64,000 bases of DNA from an uncultured Acidobacteriota bacterium (GTDB lineage Bacteria; Acidobacteriota; Terriglobia; UBA7540): positions 480,001-544,000 of the forward strand of contig CAWDSK010000002.1 in assembly GCA_963804995.1 (NCBI GenBank), in the 5' to 3' direction. Position numbers and translations under genes: made by a program. Numbering within the stretch: position 1 is the first letter of the stretch; each line of letters begins with the position of its first letter. Under the pieces are notes generated by a model. That model worked only from the letters and a program-made list of their open reading frames with translations, searched no databases and had not been told where the DNA came from. This document shows positions 30,715 through 39,635 of the stretch, piece after piece.

Positions 30715-32241
30715 TTAGACATGGGTCTTTTGTGGAAAAGCCATCTCCTCCACAAAGATTTCTTGAAAACTTGCGTCCGCGTTGAGCGGCACATGCTCGA
30801 TCCTGGCACGGAGCTGGGCGTAGGAACCGTCCTCCCCATCGGGACTGAAGAGCGCCAGCTTCGCCCCCAGCAGCGCCGTGTTCCCGGCCGCCTCAACTTT
30901 TCGAGAGGGGATGCCGAGTAGCCCGATGCGCTCCGCGCTCGTGCGGTTGATATAATTACCGAAAGCGCCCGCGAGATAAAGCTTTTTGACATCGCCCGGT
31001 GAAGCGCCCAGCTGATCGAGCAGCATTCGGATGCCGGCGGCAATGGCTCCCTTAGCGAGTTGCAACTCGCGGATGTCCGCCTGGGTCAACGTCACCGGAG
31101 GGGACAATTCCCACGCCCCCGTGCCATTTTGAAATCGTCCGGAAGGCTGGATTCTGCCCAAATCGAGTCCCACCGCAACGGCATCCACCAGCCCGCTTCC
31201 GCACAATCCCTGAGGCGGGACGTTGCCCAGAACTCGGCAGTATAATTCATCCCCTTTCACTTTCACCTCTGAGATGGCGCCGGTCGAAGCGCGCATGCCC
31301 ATCGAAATCCGCGCGCCTTCAAAGGCCGGCCCGGCAGCCGTTGAAGCACACAGCAAGCGCTCCCGATTCCCGATCACAATTTCACCATTCGTGCCCAAGT
31401 CGACCAGTGCATTCAGATCCGCACGCTCAGCAAGGTTCGTGGCCAGGATGCCGGCCAGGATATCGCTGCCCACAAACCCGCCCAGGCAAGGGAGAAAGCG
31501 CACGCGCGCGCTGCCAGGGAACCCCAATTCGCTGGCGGTCAGAGTCTGGAGTCCCAGGTGCTCCGACTCGAAAGGGTAGCGCGAAAGCGGTTCCACATCC
31601 AGCCCGCAAAACAGGTGGTGCATTACCGTGTTGCCCACCAGGGTGACATCATGAATCTCAGTGCTCGGCACCTGCGCGGCAACTACCAGTTGCTTGATCA
31701 AGCTGCCGATTTCGAGACGAATGATGTCGCAAAGTTCCTCCAGCCCGCCTTCCGCCACCGCGAAGCGGACACGGCTCATGACATCAGCGCCGAACCGCGC
31801 CTGGGCGTTGAGCGCAGTGCGCACGGCCAGCACGCGCCCGGTCGTGAGATCGAGCAACTGGGTGACCAGCGTGGTCGTCCCCACGTCCACGGCCACGCCG
31901 AAGCCGGGCCGCGGATGGAAGGAAAAGGGAGTCTCGTCCACCAGGATGGCGGCGTCCCACTGGCGCAGCTCGATGACCAGATCATCCTCAAGCGTGCACT
32001 GGCAAGCCAACCGCCAGCCGTTCGTCAGTTCCTCCGCGCTCAGGCGCTCGCGTTGCGCGGCGTTGACCTCCACCGATCCTTCCAGCACGTGGACGCGGCA
32101 GCCGCGGCAGAGGCCCTGCCCTCCGCAGGGGAATTCTACTCCTTGTGCGAACAAAAGGTCGCGCAAAGAAGTCCCCCGGGGGGCAGTGAGCTCCGTTTGG
32201 AGCGGGCGTAATGTTATTCGGAATGTTTTCTGTTTGGGCAT
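30715..32241 (-). CDS. ASKHA ATP-dependent corrinoid reductive activator (RACE/RACo type) with N-terminal 2Fe-2S domain
   Basis: CGGQGLCRGC..RLAC, DVGTTT, FGADVMSR, DLGTNGE, STAAGPAFEG, LAGAFG. Confidence 0.93.
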   Translation of the reverse strand: MPKQKTFRITLRPLQTELTAPRGTSLRDLLFAQGVEFPCGGQGLCRGCRVHVLEGSVEVNAAQRERLSAEELTNGWRLACQCTLEDDLVIELRQWDAAILVDETPFSFHPRPGFGVAVDVGTTTLVTQLLDLTTGRVLAVRTALNAQARFGADVMSRVRFAVAEGGLEELCDIIRLEIGSLIKQLVVAAQVPSTEIHDVTLVGNTVMHHLFCGLDVEPLSRYPFESEHLGLQTLTASELGFPGSARVRFLPCLGGFVGSDILAGILATNLAERADLNALVDLGTNGEIVIGNRERLLCASTAAGPAFEGARISMGMRASTGAISEVKVKGDELYCRVLGNVPPQGLCGSGLVDAVAVGLDLGRIQPSGRFQNGTGAWELSPPVTLTQADIRELQLAKGAIAAGIRMLLDQLGASPGDVKKLYLAGAFGNYINRTSAERIGLLGIPSRKVEAAGNTALLGAKLALFSPDGEDGSYAQLRARIEHVPLNADASFQEIFVEEMAFPQKTHV

Positions 32242-32242
32242 A

Positions 32243-32803
32243 GCTTAGAAGCTGGGAGTTAGGAGCTAGGAGTTGTAGCGCCGGGCGTTAGCCCGGCAGG
32301 TGTCCCGACAGGTTGGGACGCTACAAGTACCATTACCTGCGACGCTCCACTAGAAGCTAGGAGCTAGAAGCTAGCAGAGCTCGTGAATATGAATTCAAAA
32401 GCCGGCTGACTTCGTCCAGTGCGTCCACCAGGGAATTGGTCTCAGCATAACCGAGGTCCCGCGCCAGAATCAGGTAGTAGTGACTCTCGTCCAGTGACCC
32501 CTCGGCGATGTTAAAAAATCGCGCTTTGTCCGCCTTTCCGCGTTTTCGAAATCCTTCCGCAATGTTGGCAGCAATGGAAGTAGCGGCCCTCCGCATCTGA
32601 CTTGAAAGCCCGTATGTCTCCGGCTTCGGGAAAAGCGCCGTCAATTTATAGACCCCCAATACGAACTCATGCGCTTTTCGCCAAACCACAAGATCCTCGA
32701 AACGTTTCGCGGGCGGTAGGTTCAATGGCATTTTAGCTCCTAGCACCGAAATCCTTGCTCCTGGCTCCCGGCGCCTAACTGCTAGCTTTTAGCTCCTAAC
32801 TTC
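32243..32803. repeat. inverted heptamer arrays (CTAGGAG/CTAGAAG versus CTCCTAG) flanking the four-helix-bundle gene
   Basis: 32243-32272 and 32350-32378 on one side; reverse-complement units at 32733-32803. Confidence 0.75.
32357..32731 (-). CDS. four helix bundle protein (23S rRNA IVP-like family)
   Basis: FEDLVVWRKAH...FPKPETYGLSSQMRRAATSIAANIAEG..RFFNIAEGSL.E. Confidence 0.93.
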   Translation of the reverse strand: MPLNLPPAKRFEDLVVWRKAHEFVLGVYKLTALFPKPETYGLSSQMRRAATSIAANIAEGFRKRGKADKARFFNIAEGSLDESHYYLILARDLGYAETNSLVDALDEVSRLLNSYSRALLASSS

Positions 32804-33807
32804 TGTTCCCTCGCGTACCGCAACAAGGCCCGCAAATTTTCATCCGGGGTATCGCGCGGCACTTCACACCCGGCGCTTACGATGAAGTTGTCGCCCGTTT
32901 GCCGATGGCATTCGGCCATGGCGGTGTAGACCTCTTCTGCCGTCCCGTTGCGCAGCACGCGCACGGGGTCGATATTCCCCAGCAACACCTGCTTCGGCCC
33001 CATGGCCGCACGCCCCTCGGCCAGCGGCGCAAGCGAGTCGAGATCGACCACATCGCACCCGAGTTCACCCATGAGACCGAGAATCGGGCGCGTGTTACCG
33101 CAGATATGCAACCGCGAGCGCACACGCATAGCGCGCAGTCTCGCCATCATACGCTTTTCGTATGGCCACACGAATTCCTTATAAAGCTTTGGACCCACCA
33201 GCGACGCGGCCGCATCGCCCACGCCGATCAATTCAGCGCCTTCCGCCACCTGCGCCTTTGCAAAGGTGAGTTCAAGCTCTACGACGAATGCGAACAAGTC
33301 GTTGATGAAAGGCGGGTCGTCAAAGAAATCCGTCATCAAGGTATTTACGCCCCGCAGGTCAGCGGCCTGCGCCATGGGCCCTTCGATCCACCCCTCAATC
33401 AGCTTTTCTTTGCCCACCCGTTGGCGGTAGAGGCGGAGAGCCTCTAGCCGATTGCTCATGCGGGGGCCGGTGGCGGGATCTGGAACCTTCAAATTGCGCA
33501 ACTTGCTTTTGTCAGCCAGCAAGGCGTTGGCCTCGTCGAGTGCGGGCGGTTGATCGGGAAAGAACTTCACGGACGCGCCGCAGTCAGCGGCTTCACAGGC
33601 GGGGTCCGACATGGTGTTGACGTAATCGAAATCAAACTGTTCCGCCGTGCGGATTTGCCCTTCGACCAACACACGGTAGTCGGTTGAGTAATCACGATAC
33701 TGCGCGCCGATGCGGTCGCACGCAAACATCATGGTCATGGGCATGAAGGGGAGGCTGTCTGCTGGCTTCCCCTCCAGTCTGGCAAGAATGCGTTCGCGTC
33801 CGGTCAT
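32782..33807 (-). CDS. MtaA/CmuA-type methylcobamide methyltransferase (URO-D fold)
   Basis: MTGRERI, EAADCG, GDAAASL, LHICGN (HxC), GNIDP, SAGCEVP (second Zn-ligand Cys). Confidence 0.9.
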   Translation of the reverse strand: MTGRERILARLEGKPADSLPFMPMTMMFACDRIGAQYRDYSTDYRVLVEGQIRTAEQFDFDYVNTMSDPACEAADCGASVKFFPDQPPALDEANALLADKSKLRNLKVPDPATGPRMSNRLEALRLYRQRVGKEKLIEGWIEGPMAQAADLRGVNTLMTDFFDDPPFINDLFAFVVELELTFAKAQVAEGAELIGVGDAAASLVGPKLYKEFVWPYEKRMMARLRAMRVRSRLHICGNTRPILGLMGELGCDVVDLDSLAPLAEGRAAMGPKQVLLGNIDPVRVLRNGTAEEVYTAMAECHRQTGDNFIVSAGCEVPRDTPDENLRALLRYAREQKLGAKS

Positions 33808-34556
33808 GGCGCAACTGCCTCCGTGGAGATGATGCCGTCATCGTAGCTCGCCACGATGCGGTGGCCGGGTTCGACCACCAGGAATTCCTTCGCGTCCCAC
33901 TGGCCATTTACCAGGCGCTCGATCATTCCTATGTCACCTGCGACCTTCTCGTAGGTCCACCCGCGCTCCTTCGCTTCGTCGCGGGCTCGCTGCTCAAAGC
34001 TCGCGTCGGGCTCGACGCCCATTTCGATGAAGGTGAATTGGGCGTAGTGTCGGGCCAGATTCTTGCCGAACTCCTCCCACAGATAGCGGGCATTGTCCTC
34101 GCCGTACTTGGCGACCATCTCTTCATAGCTTTGCTTCAAGCCCAGCTTTTTGCCTAAAGCGAGTTGGCCCAGTTCGCCGTCCGCCTCGCCGCGCTCAATC
34201 CAACCGGTGGTCTTGAAATACACGCCGGGATGACTCTCAAAGTAGTCCATGTAGCGGGCCGCACTGCCCAGGAAGAGCGTGATGCAGTCGTGCGCGCGGG
34301 GAACCACCAAAGGAATTTCTTTGGCGGCGAGCCCCACGATGCCGTTGTTGCAGAGCCCGTAGCCAAGCAGCAGGGCGTCGTACTGGCGCTGGTCCACACG
34401 GTCGACGGCCGCCTGTAGCCGCGCTTGCATGTCTTCACACCCGATGTCATGCAATCCTTTGGGGAGAAACTCAATATCCACGGTGTGCGGCGAGCGCGCC
34501 ACGCAGGCACAAAATTCACGAAAGAAAATTTCGCAACTTAGAAGTTTTAGACGCAT
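33804..34556 (-). CDS. DUF1638-family protein
   Basis: KLLSCEIF, GLHD, LLGYGLC.NG, PRAHDCITLFLGS, YFKTTGW. Confidence 0.85.
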   Translation of the reverse strand: MRLKLLSCEIFFREFCACVARSPHTVDIEFLPKGLHDIGCEDMQARLQAAVDRVDQRQYDALLLGYGLCNNGIVGLAAKEIPLVVPRAHDCITLFLGSAARYMDYFESHPGVYFKTTGWIERGEADGELGQLALGKKLGLKQSYEEMVAKYGEDNARYLWEEFGKNLARHYAQFTFIEMGVEPDASFEQRARDEAKERGWTYEKVAGDIGMIERLVNGQWDAKEFLVVEPGHRIVASYDDGIISTEAVAP

Positions 34557-34687
34557 AGGTTTTCTGCGACGACGCTTCGCAATATATCCTGCGGAATTGC
34601 ACAGGACCTTTTCGCGGCTGGCAGCGTGGCTGTTTAAACACACCCCTGTCTGTCGCCTGCTCGGACCCATGACGGGGCATTCGCCGC

Positions 34688-35335
34688 GCCCTGCAGGGGC
34701 ACGATACAATAGCCGGGGGCAACGCCCCCGGAACAGCGTCCAGAACATGCGCCGACCCTGACGGGGTCGATAGGTTGTGCTTCACAACCACAGATAACGC
34801 TCATCAAAGGGAACCCGGTATTTCTTCAGCAGCAGCAATAACTCTTGCTCGAAGGTTTGCCTTTTGTGTCGTTCCTTCTGACCCGTTATGTAGATCTTCA
34901 ACGCCTCCACTTGGGACTCGCCGACGGTAAAAGCTCCGTACCCGTCCTGCCAACTGAATGACCGAAACGCGTTGCCCTTCGTTTTGATCCACTTGGAGGA
35001 GCTTTTCTTCAGTTCCTCCATCAAATGGCAAAGGGCAATTTTCTTGGACTGCGAGACCAAGAGGTGGACGTGATTTTCTGTCCCGCCGGCAGCAAGGCAA
35101 CGTGACTCTAAGTTCTTCGCCGTCCCCCCCCATATATGCATAGAGCTCAGGCTCGACCTCGGGGGTGATCAACGATTGGCGGTTCTTGGTCGAAAAAACC
35201 ACATGTACCATCAGGCTTACTAGCGTCTGAGCCATGGTTGTCCTGCTGCTGAATTGACCCTTTCAGGGTCAGTAAGTAGGCGCCCACTTTCCGGGGGCTT
35301 TGCCCCCGGCTATTCAATTCATCCCCTGCGGGGAT
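34688..35335 (-). mobile_element. IS200/RAYT-like element: Y1 transposase between inverted triple-hairpin flanks
   Basis: Flanks 34688-34770 and 35254-35335 are inverted homologs (CCCTGCAGGGG..AATAGCCGGGGGCAACGCCCCCGGAA..GACCCTGA.GGGGTC). Confidence 0.8.
34782..35235 (-). CDS. tnpA: IS200/IS605-family Y1 (HUH) transposase; frameshift in a G8 run near 35128
   Basis: HVVFSTKNR, NHVHLL (HUH), KKSSSKW, FSWQDGYGAF, YITGQ (catalytic Tyr). Confidence 0.9.
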
Positions 35336-35436
35336 TCAATTGGTACCGGTCCGTAGCTTTCACGCTCGGCACGCCCCCAACTGTTAAATGCATCCCGTAC
35401 GGGGATTCACCGCGCTTGCTGCCTTCCGCCTTCTGC

Positions 35437-36316
35437 CTACTGCTTACTGCCTATTGCCTGCCCCAGGGCGCGAATGAATTCCGGGTTGGTTCCGCAGCAC
35501 CCACCCAGGAAGTTCGCACCCGCGGCGAGTAAGGCTGGCGCATGCCGGGCGAACTCCTCCGCACTCGTCCGGTATTGCGTTTGACCCTCTACGAGCTGCG
35601 GCAACCCTGCATTGGGCTTAATCCAAATCGGGAGTGGAGTTGAGTCGTGGAGCCGCTTCGTAAGGGGAGCATAGCTTTCGATGCCTTGCCCGCAGTTAGC
35701 TCCGATGACATCCGCGCCCGCGGCGGTGAGCTCGGCGGCTGCCTCCTCCGGCGTCGTACCCATCATGGTCCGGTCGTAGTTCTTTCCGGAATCAAAGGCC
35801 ATGGAGACAATCACCGGGAGGCCCACACCTCGCGCCGCCTGAACCCCGACCTTCGCTTCCGCCAGGTCGCTCATGGTTTCGAAGATCAGGGCGTCAGCTC
35901 CAGCCTCTGCCAAGGTTTCGGCCTGCTCGGCGTAAGCCGCGCGGAGTTCCTCTTCATTGACCTCCCCCATCATCAGCAGCTTGCCGCTCGGCCCGAGCGA
36001 AGCGAACACGCGGGCTCGCCCCGCCGCGGCGCGACGGGAAATTTCCACGCCCAGGCGGTTGATTTCCTTCAGGTGCTCGACTCGCCCATGACGCTTCGAG
36101 CGCCAGGCGATTGGCGCGGAAAGTGTTGGTCAGGATGACTTGGCTGCCCGCCTCCACATAAGCGCGCGCGACTTCTTCCACGCGGTCAGGGTGCGTCAGA
36201 TTCCAGACGTTGGGGCATTCACCGGCTTCGAGCCCACGCGCCTGGAACTCCGTTCCCCAAGCGCCGTCGGTAAGAATGGGTCCGTGCGAAATAAGCTGTT
36301 GTATCAAGGCGTGCAT
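35437..36316 (-). CDS. homocysteine S-methyltransferase-family protein (stand-alone MetH Hcy domain); frameshift near 36090
   Basis: DGAWGT, ILTNTF, SLGPSG, FETMSD, IGANCG, KPNAGLP, LGGCCGT. Confidence 0.9.
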
Positions 36317-36378
36317 CTATTCCTTCTTAACGATTGACGATTGAGGATTTACGATTGCCAGTTGAAATCCGTCCTTCT

Positions 36379-37224
36379 TCAATCGTCAATCGACCATCGA
36401 CAATCATCAATCCTATCTACGCGGCCTTTGGGGCCTCGAGCTTTTCCTTCACGGAAGGCACGCAAATAAGTGGCGCAATACTCGTCGCGTCCCAGCAAAG
36501 CTTCCGCCGCGCGGATATTGGCCATGAGTTGCGGGTCGCAGGGGTCGACGATACCGGCATCCAGGCCCCGCGCCATCAGCAGGACTGCAAAGGTCTCATT
36601 GAGCAGCTTGCGGACGGGCAGTCCAAACGAAACGTTACTGACCCCCGCGCTGATATGCACTCCGGGGTAACGCGCGGCGATCTGCCCGACGCCGTCCAGG
36701 ATGGCTTTGCCATGTTCGGGGGCGGTCGAGACTGGGATCACGCAGGGGTCAACGTAGATGTCGTCGAGCCCGAAGCCCTCCGCAAGCAGCCGGTCCACCA
36801 GGTGGCACGCGGTCGCAACCCGCTCCTCGGCGGTCGAGGGTGGACCTGCCTCTCCCATGCACAGCGCGATCACCTTGGGGCGGAATTCTTTCAGGACGGG
36901 GAGCAGAGCTTCGATGCGGGTCCGCTCATCCGTGATGGAATTGATCATGGCGCGTTGCTTGCACAGCGGCAGAGCGCGGCGCAGGGCTTCGGGATCGGCG
37001 CTGTCGAGGCAAAGCGGCACGGGAACGGCTTCCTGCACGATGTTCACGAGCCACGGCAGAACCTCCAGTTCCTGGCCGGGCAGACCGCCGTTGACGTTGA
37101 GCATATCGGCCCCGGCGGCCACTTGCCGGCGAGCGATTTCCTGGAAGAACTGCACGTCCCTTTTGGCAGCCGCTTCCCCGACCTTCTTTCGCGTGCAATT
37201 GATCAATTCACCGATGATGAGCAT
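36379..37224 (-). CDS. methyltetrahydrofolate:corrinoid methyltransferase (AcsE-like pterin-binding protein)
   Basis: IIGELIN, LCLDS, MINSI, YVDP, GVSNVSFGLP; true end probably TAG 36417 (GKLEAPKAA*) if an extra A at about 36443 is an error. Confidence 0.9.
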   Translation of the reverse strand: MLIIGELINCTRKKVGEAAAKRDVQFFQEIARRQVAAGADMLNVNGGLPGQELEVLPWLVNIVQEAVPVPLCLDSADPEALRRALPLCKQRAMINSITDERTRIEALLPVLKEFRPKVIALCMGEAGPPSTAEERVATACHLVDRLLAEGFGLDDIYVDPCVIPVSTAPEHGKAILDGVGQIAARYPGVHISAGVSNVSFGLPVRKLLNETFAVLLMARGLDAGIVDPCDPQLMANIRAAEALLGRDEYCATYLRAFREGKARGPKGRVDRIDDCRWSIDD

Positions 37225-37247
37225 GGAATCTAATTTCCCTCCTAACG

Positions 37248-37503
37248 GTAGATAGTGGGCAGAAGGCAGTAGGCAGTAGGCAGAAAGCAGAGAACCACAT
37301 GTTGCCCTATTCCGCCGTCCGGTCTACGTTCCTGCTTTCTGCCCCGAAGGGGCAAACCGTGAGATGCGATCCGCAGGTTGAAACCTGCGGCTATTCATGG
37401 ACGGCCCCTTCAGGGCCTGCCTACTGCTTACTGCCTACCGCATACCGCCTACTGCTTTCCGCCTTCCGCCTTCTGCTTTCTGCCTACTGCTTTCTGCCTA
37501 CTG
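37248..37503. repeat. inverted GGCAGTA/TACTGCC heptamer arrays enclosing a solo triple-hairpin element
   Basis: 37248-37293 versus 37418-37503; hairpin element at 37339-37417. Confidence 0.8.
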
Positions 37504-39052
37504 TCAACTCGATTCGCTTACCAAGGTTATCCAAGTGAACGAAACGATTGGCCAGGGCGTTGGTGCCATCCAGGCGCCAGTCGCGCGGGGGGATGAGCGT
37601 GCGAGCGAATTTTCGTGGATCGTCTCCCATCGCCAGCGCGCCGTGGTAAATCGTGTTCCAGATGCACGGTTGCTCGGGATGGACCTCACAAGTGCCGTCG
37701 ATTCGCGAGCCACCGCAGGGGCCGTTGCGCAGCTCCTTGTAGCACCAGCGCATGGAGCAGCCGGCGTAATCAAGGTGGTCTTGCAGGCAATCGCCGCAAC
37801 TCTTGCAACCCAGCGTGGCTTTGCGGTACAGGGTGGAGGGCTCAAGCAGCCAATACCACAGGCCGTGGCGCCAGGAATCCGTTTTGCCATTCGTCTTGAG
37901 GTGAGAACCAAAAAAGCGCGCGCCCAGCGAACCCTCGGCAATCAGGTGACGGTGCACCAGCTTCGAGAGCCACTGCGTGAAGGTGGCGTGGGGCTTCCGG
38001 TGGCTAAGTTGGTAGTTGCCCGTGGCGTCGCTCAAGCCCTCAGCAGCCGGGGGCAGCAGATAGAATTCGTTCGCGGTGGGGATCACCAACTCGTCCAGGC
38101 GCTTTCGCCAATCGCTTCCGATCGCCGCGGCGCGCTCCGCAATGGTCATAAAATCGCGATGCGCAAGGCCGAAGCCGCCCACGTGCGCTCCGGCAAAGCC
38201 CAGGTCCTTCACGGCCGCCACCATCAGCGCGGCCCGTTCCAGGCGTTCGGGTTTCTTCTCTTTTTCCAACCGCCTGATGAGCTCGTCGGGAATGACGCAG
38301 CCCGCCACTTCCCCGGCCTGCATCATCTGCGCGATTTTGGCCGTGGGAACATAGACGTTGGCGAGCACCGGGATGTGACCCAATCCCTCGCGCTCCAGGT
38401 ATTGCTTCAGCTCGTAAAGCTTGCGCAGGTTGTATCCCAGTTGGGTGATGATGAATCGGGCTCCAACCGCGATTTTCAATTGCAGCTTGTAGAGCTGCAT
38501 CATCAGGTCAGACTCGTGGACCTTGTAAGGGTTCACTACGGCGCCGCTGAAGAAATCAAAAGGGGTGCTGTGGATGGTGCGCGGGCCCAGGTTGTACTCA
38601 ATGCCCTTGCGCATGGCCTCGATCAACCAAAGGATGAGGACGGAGTCCAGGTCATAGACGGGTTTCGACCTGCCCGCGAAGCCCTCTTTTTGTGCGTCGC
38701 CCGTCAGGGCCAGAATGTTTTCGACACCCAGGCGGGCTAGACTGTGCAGGCGGCCTTCGAGGGACGACCGGTTCCCATCCTTGCCCGTCAGGTGGGCAAT
38801 CGGAGTCAGCCCCAGGTCTTTGATTCCTGCCACGAATGCTTCGGGGGGCAGCGCAGGGTTGCCGCCCGGCAGGTCTGTCACGCTGATGACCTTGATGCCA
38901 TTGGCCTCGGCGGCGGCTTCCTTGACGAAAGTCTCCGCCTCCACGACGTTGTGGTCCCGCCCCAGCACGAGCTCCGCCGTGCAGAAGAATTGCTTCTTCT
39001 TGAGCGCCAGCTTCAAATGGTTTCCCGTTCCCGCTTCTTCGCCTGCAGTCAT
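37484..39052 (-). CDS. metF: methylenetetrahydrofolate reductase with fused C-terminal MetV-like Cys-rich domain
   Basis: [34 protein letters not shown]-terminal [24 protein letters not shown]. Confidence 0.85.
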   Translation of the reverse strand: MTAGEEAGTGNHLKLALKKKQFFCTAELVLGRDHNVVEAETFVKEAAAEANGIKVISVTDLPGGNPALPPEAFVAGIKDLGLTPIAHLTGKDGNRSSLEGRLHSLARLGVENILALTGDAQKEGFAGRSKPVYDLDSVLILWLIEAMRKGIEYNLGPRTIHSTPFDFFSGAVVNPYKVHESDLMMQLYKLQLKIAVGARFIITQLGYNLRKLYELKQYLEREGLGHIPVLANVYVPTAKIAQMMQAGEVAGCVIPDELIRRLEKEKKPERLERAALMVAAVKDLGFAGAHVGGFGLAHRDFMTIAERAAAIGSDWRKRLDELVIPTANEFYLLPPAAEGLSDATGNYQLSHRKPHATFTQWLSKLVHRHLIAEGSLGARFFGSHLKTNGKTDSWRHGLWYWLLEPSTLYRKATLGCKSCGDCLQDHLDYAGCSMRWCYKELRNGPCGGSRIDGTCEVHPEQPCIWNTIYHGALAMGDDPRKFARTLIPPRDWRLDGTNALANRFVHLDNLGKRIELTVGRKQ

Positions 39053-39165
39053 TCGTATTTCCTTTGGCCCGTCACGCTCGCCTTGCATTTCTCCGGCGCG
39101 AAGGCGGGGGTTCTGTCTGTGATGTAGCGGTCCCGATGCTCCCTAGCGGGTGCCGCGTGCCGAGC

Positions 39166-39621
39166 TTATCCCCCTGTCATCGGCTCTCGTTCTCCGTGTA
39201 AGGAGAGCGCCGCCTTATGGCTCTTGATCAGACGGCGGCCGATCAACGCCGCCAGGTGTTTGTAGAAAACCAGCCCGCTCGCACAATCTGCACGCAGAAT
39301 TTGATCCAGGTGGTGGTTTTCGATCTTCAGGACCTTGACGGGAACCAGGCATTCCGCGGACGCCGTGTACGTCTCGTTGTCCACCAGACTCGACCAGCCG
39401 AGGGCGTCGCCCGGGTCGCTGGATACGTAGGCCAGGAGTTCTTTGTGCCCCACACTCAGCCGCACGCGTCCCTCACTCAGTATGTAGAAATCCGTGGCGG
39501 GCTCGCCCTCACGAAAAATGAACGCGCCCGCCGCGTACGATTCTTCAGTTGCGGCATCCAGAATCTTCCCGCGAGTTTCCTCGCTCATTCCCTGAAAAAG
39601 GTAAGCTGTTTCCAGGTACAT
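39166..39621 (-). CDS. stand-alone cyclic nucleotide-binding domain protein
   Basis: LFQGM, IFREGEPA.DFYILSEGRV, PGDALGWSSL..YTASA; no HTH domain. Confidence 0.85.
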   Translation of the reverse strand: MYLETAYLFQGMSEETRGKILDAATEESYAAGAFIFREGEPATDFYILSEGRVRLSVGHKELLAYVSSDPGDALGWSSLVDNETYTASAECLVPVKVLKIENHHLDQILRADCASGLVFYKHLAALIGRRLIKSHKAALSLHGEREPMTGG

Positions 39622-39635
39622 TGTTCGCTCCTATC

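Noticed and set aside
37397..38740. 447-aa plus-strand ORF, and similar long antisense ORFs at 6647-7840, 55683-56957 and 62175-63326
   Set aside because: They lie opposite well-supported genes in GC-rich DNA and carry no recognisable motifs.
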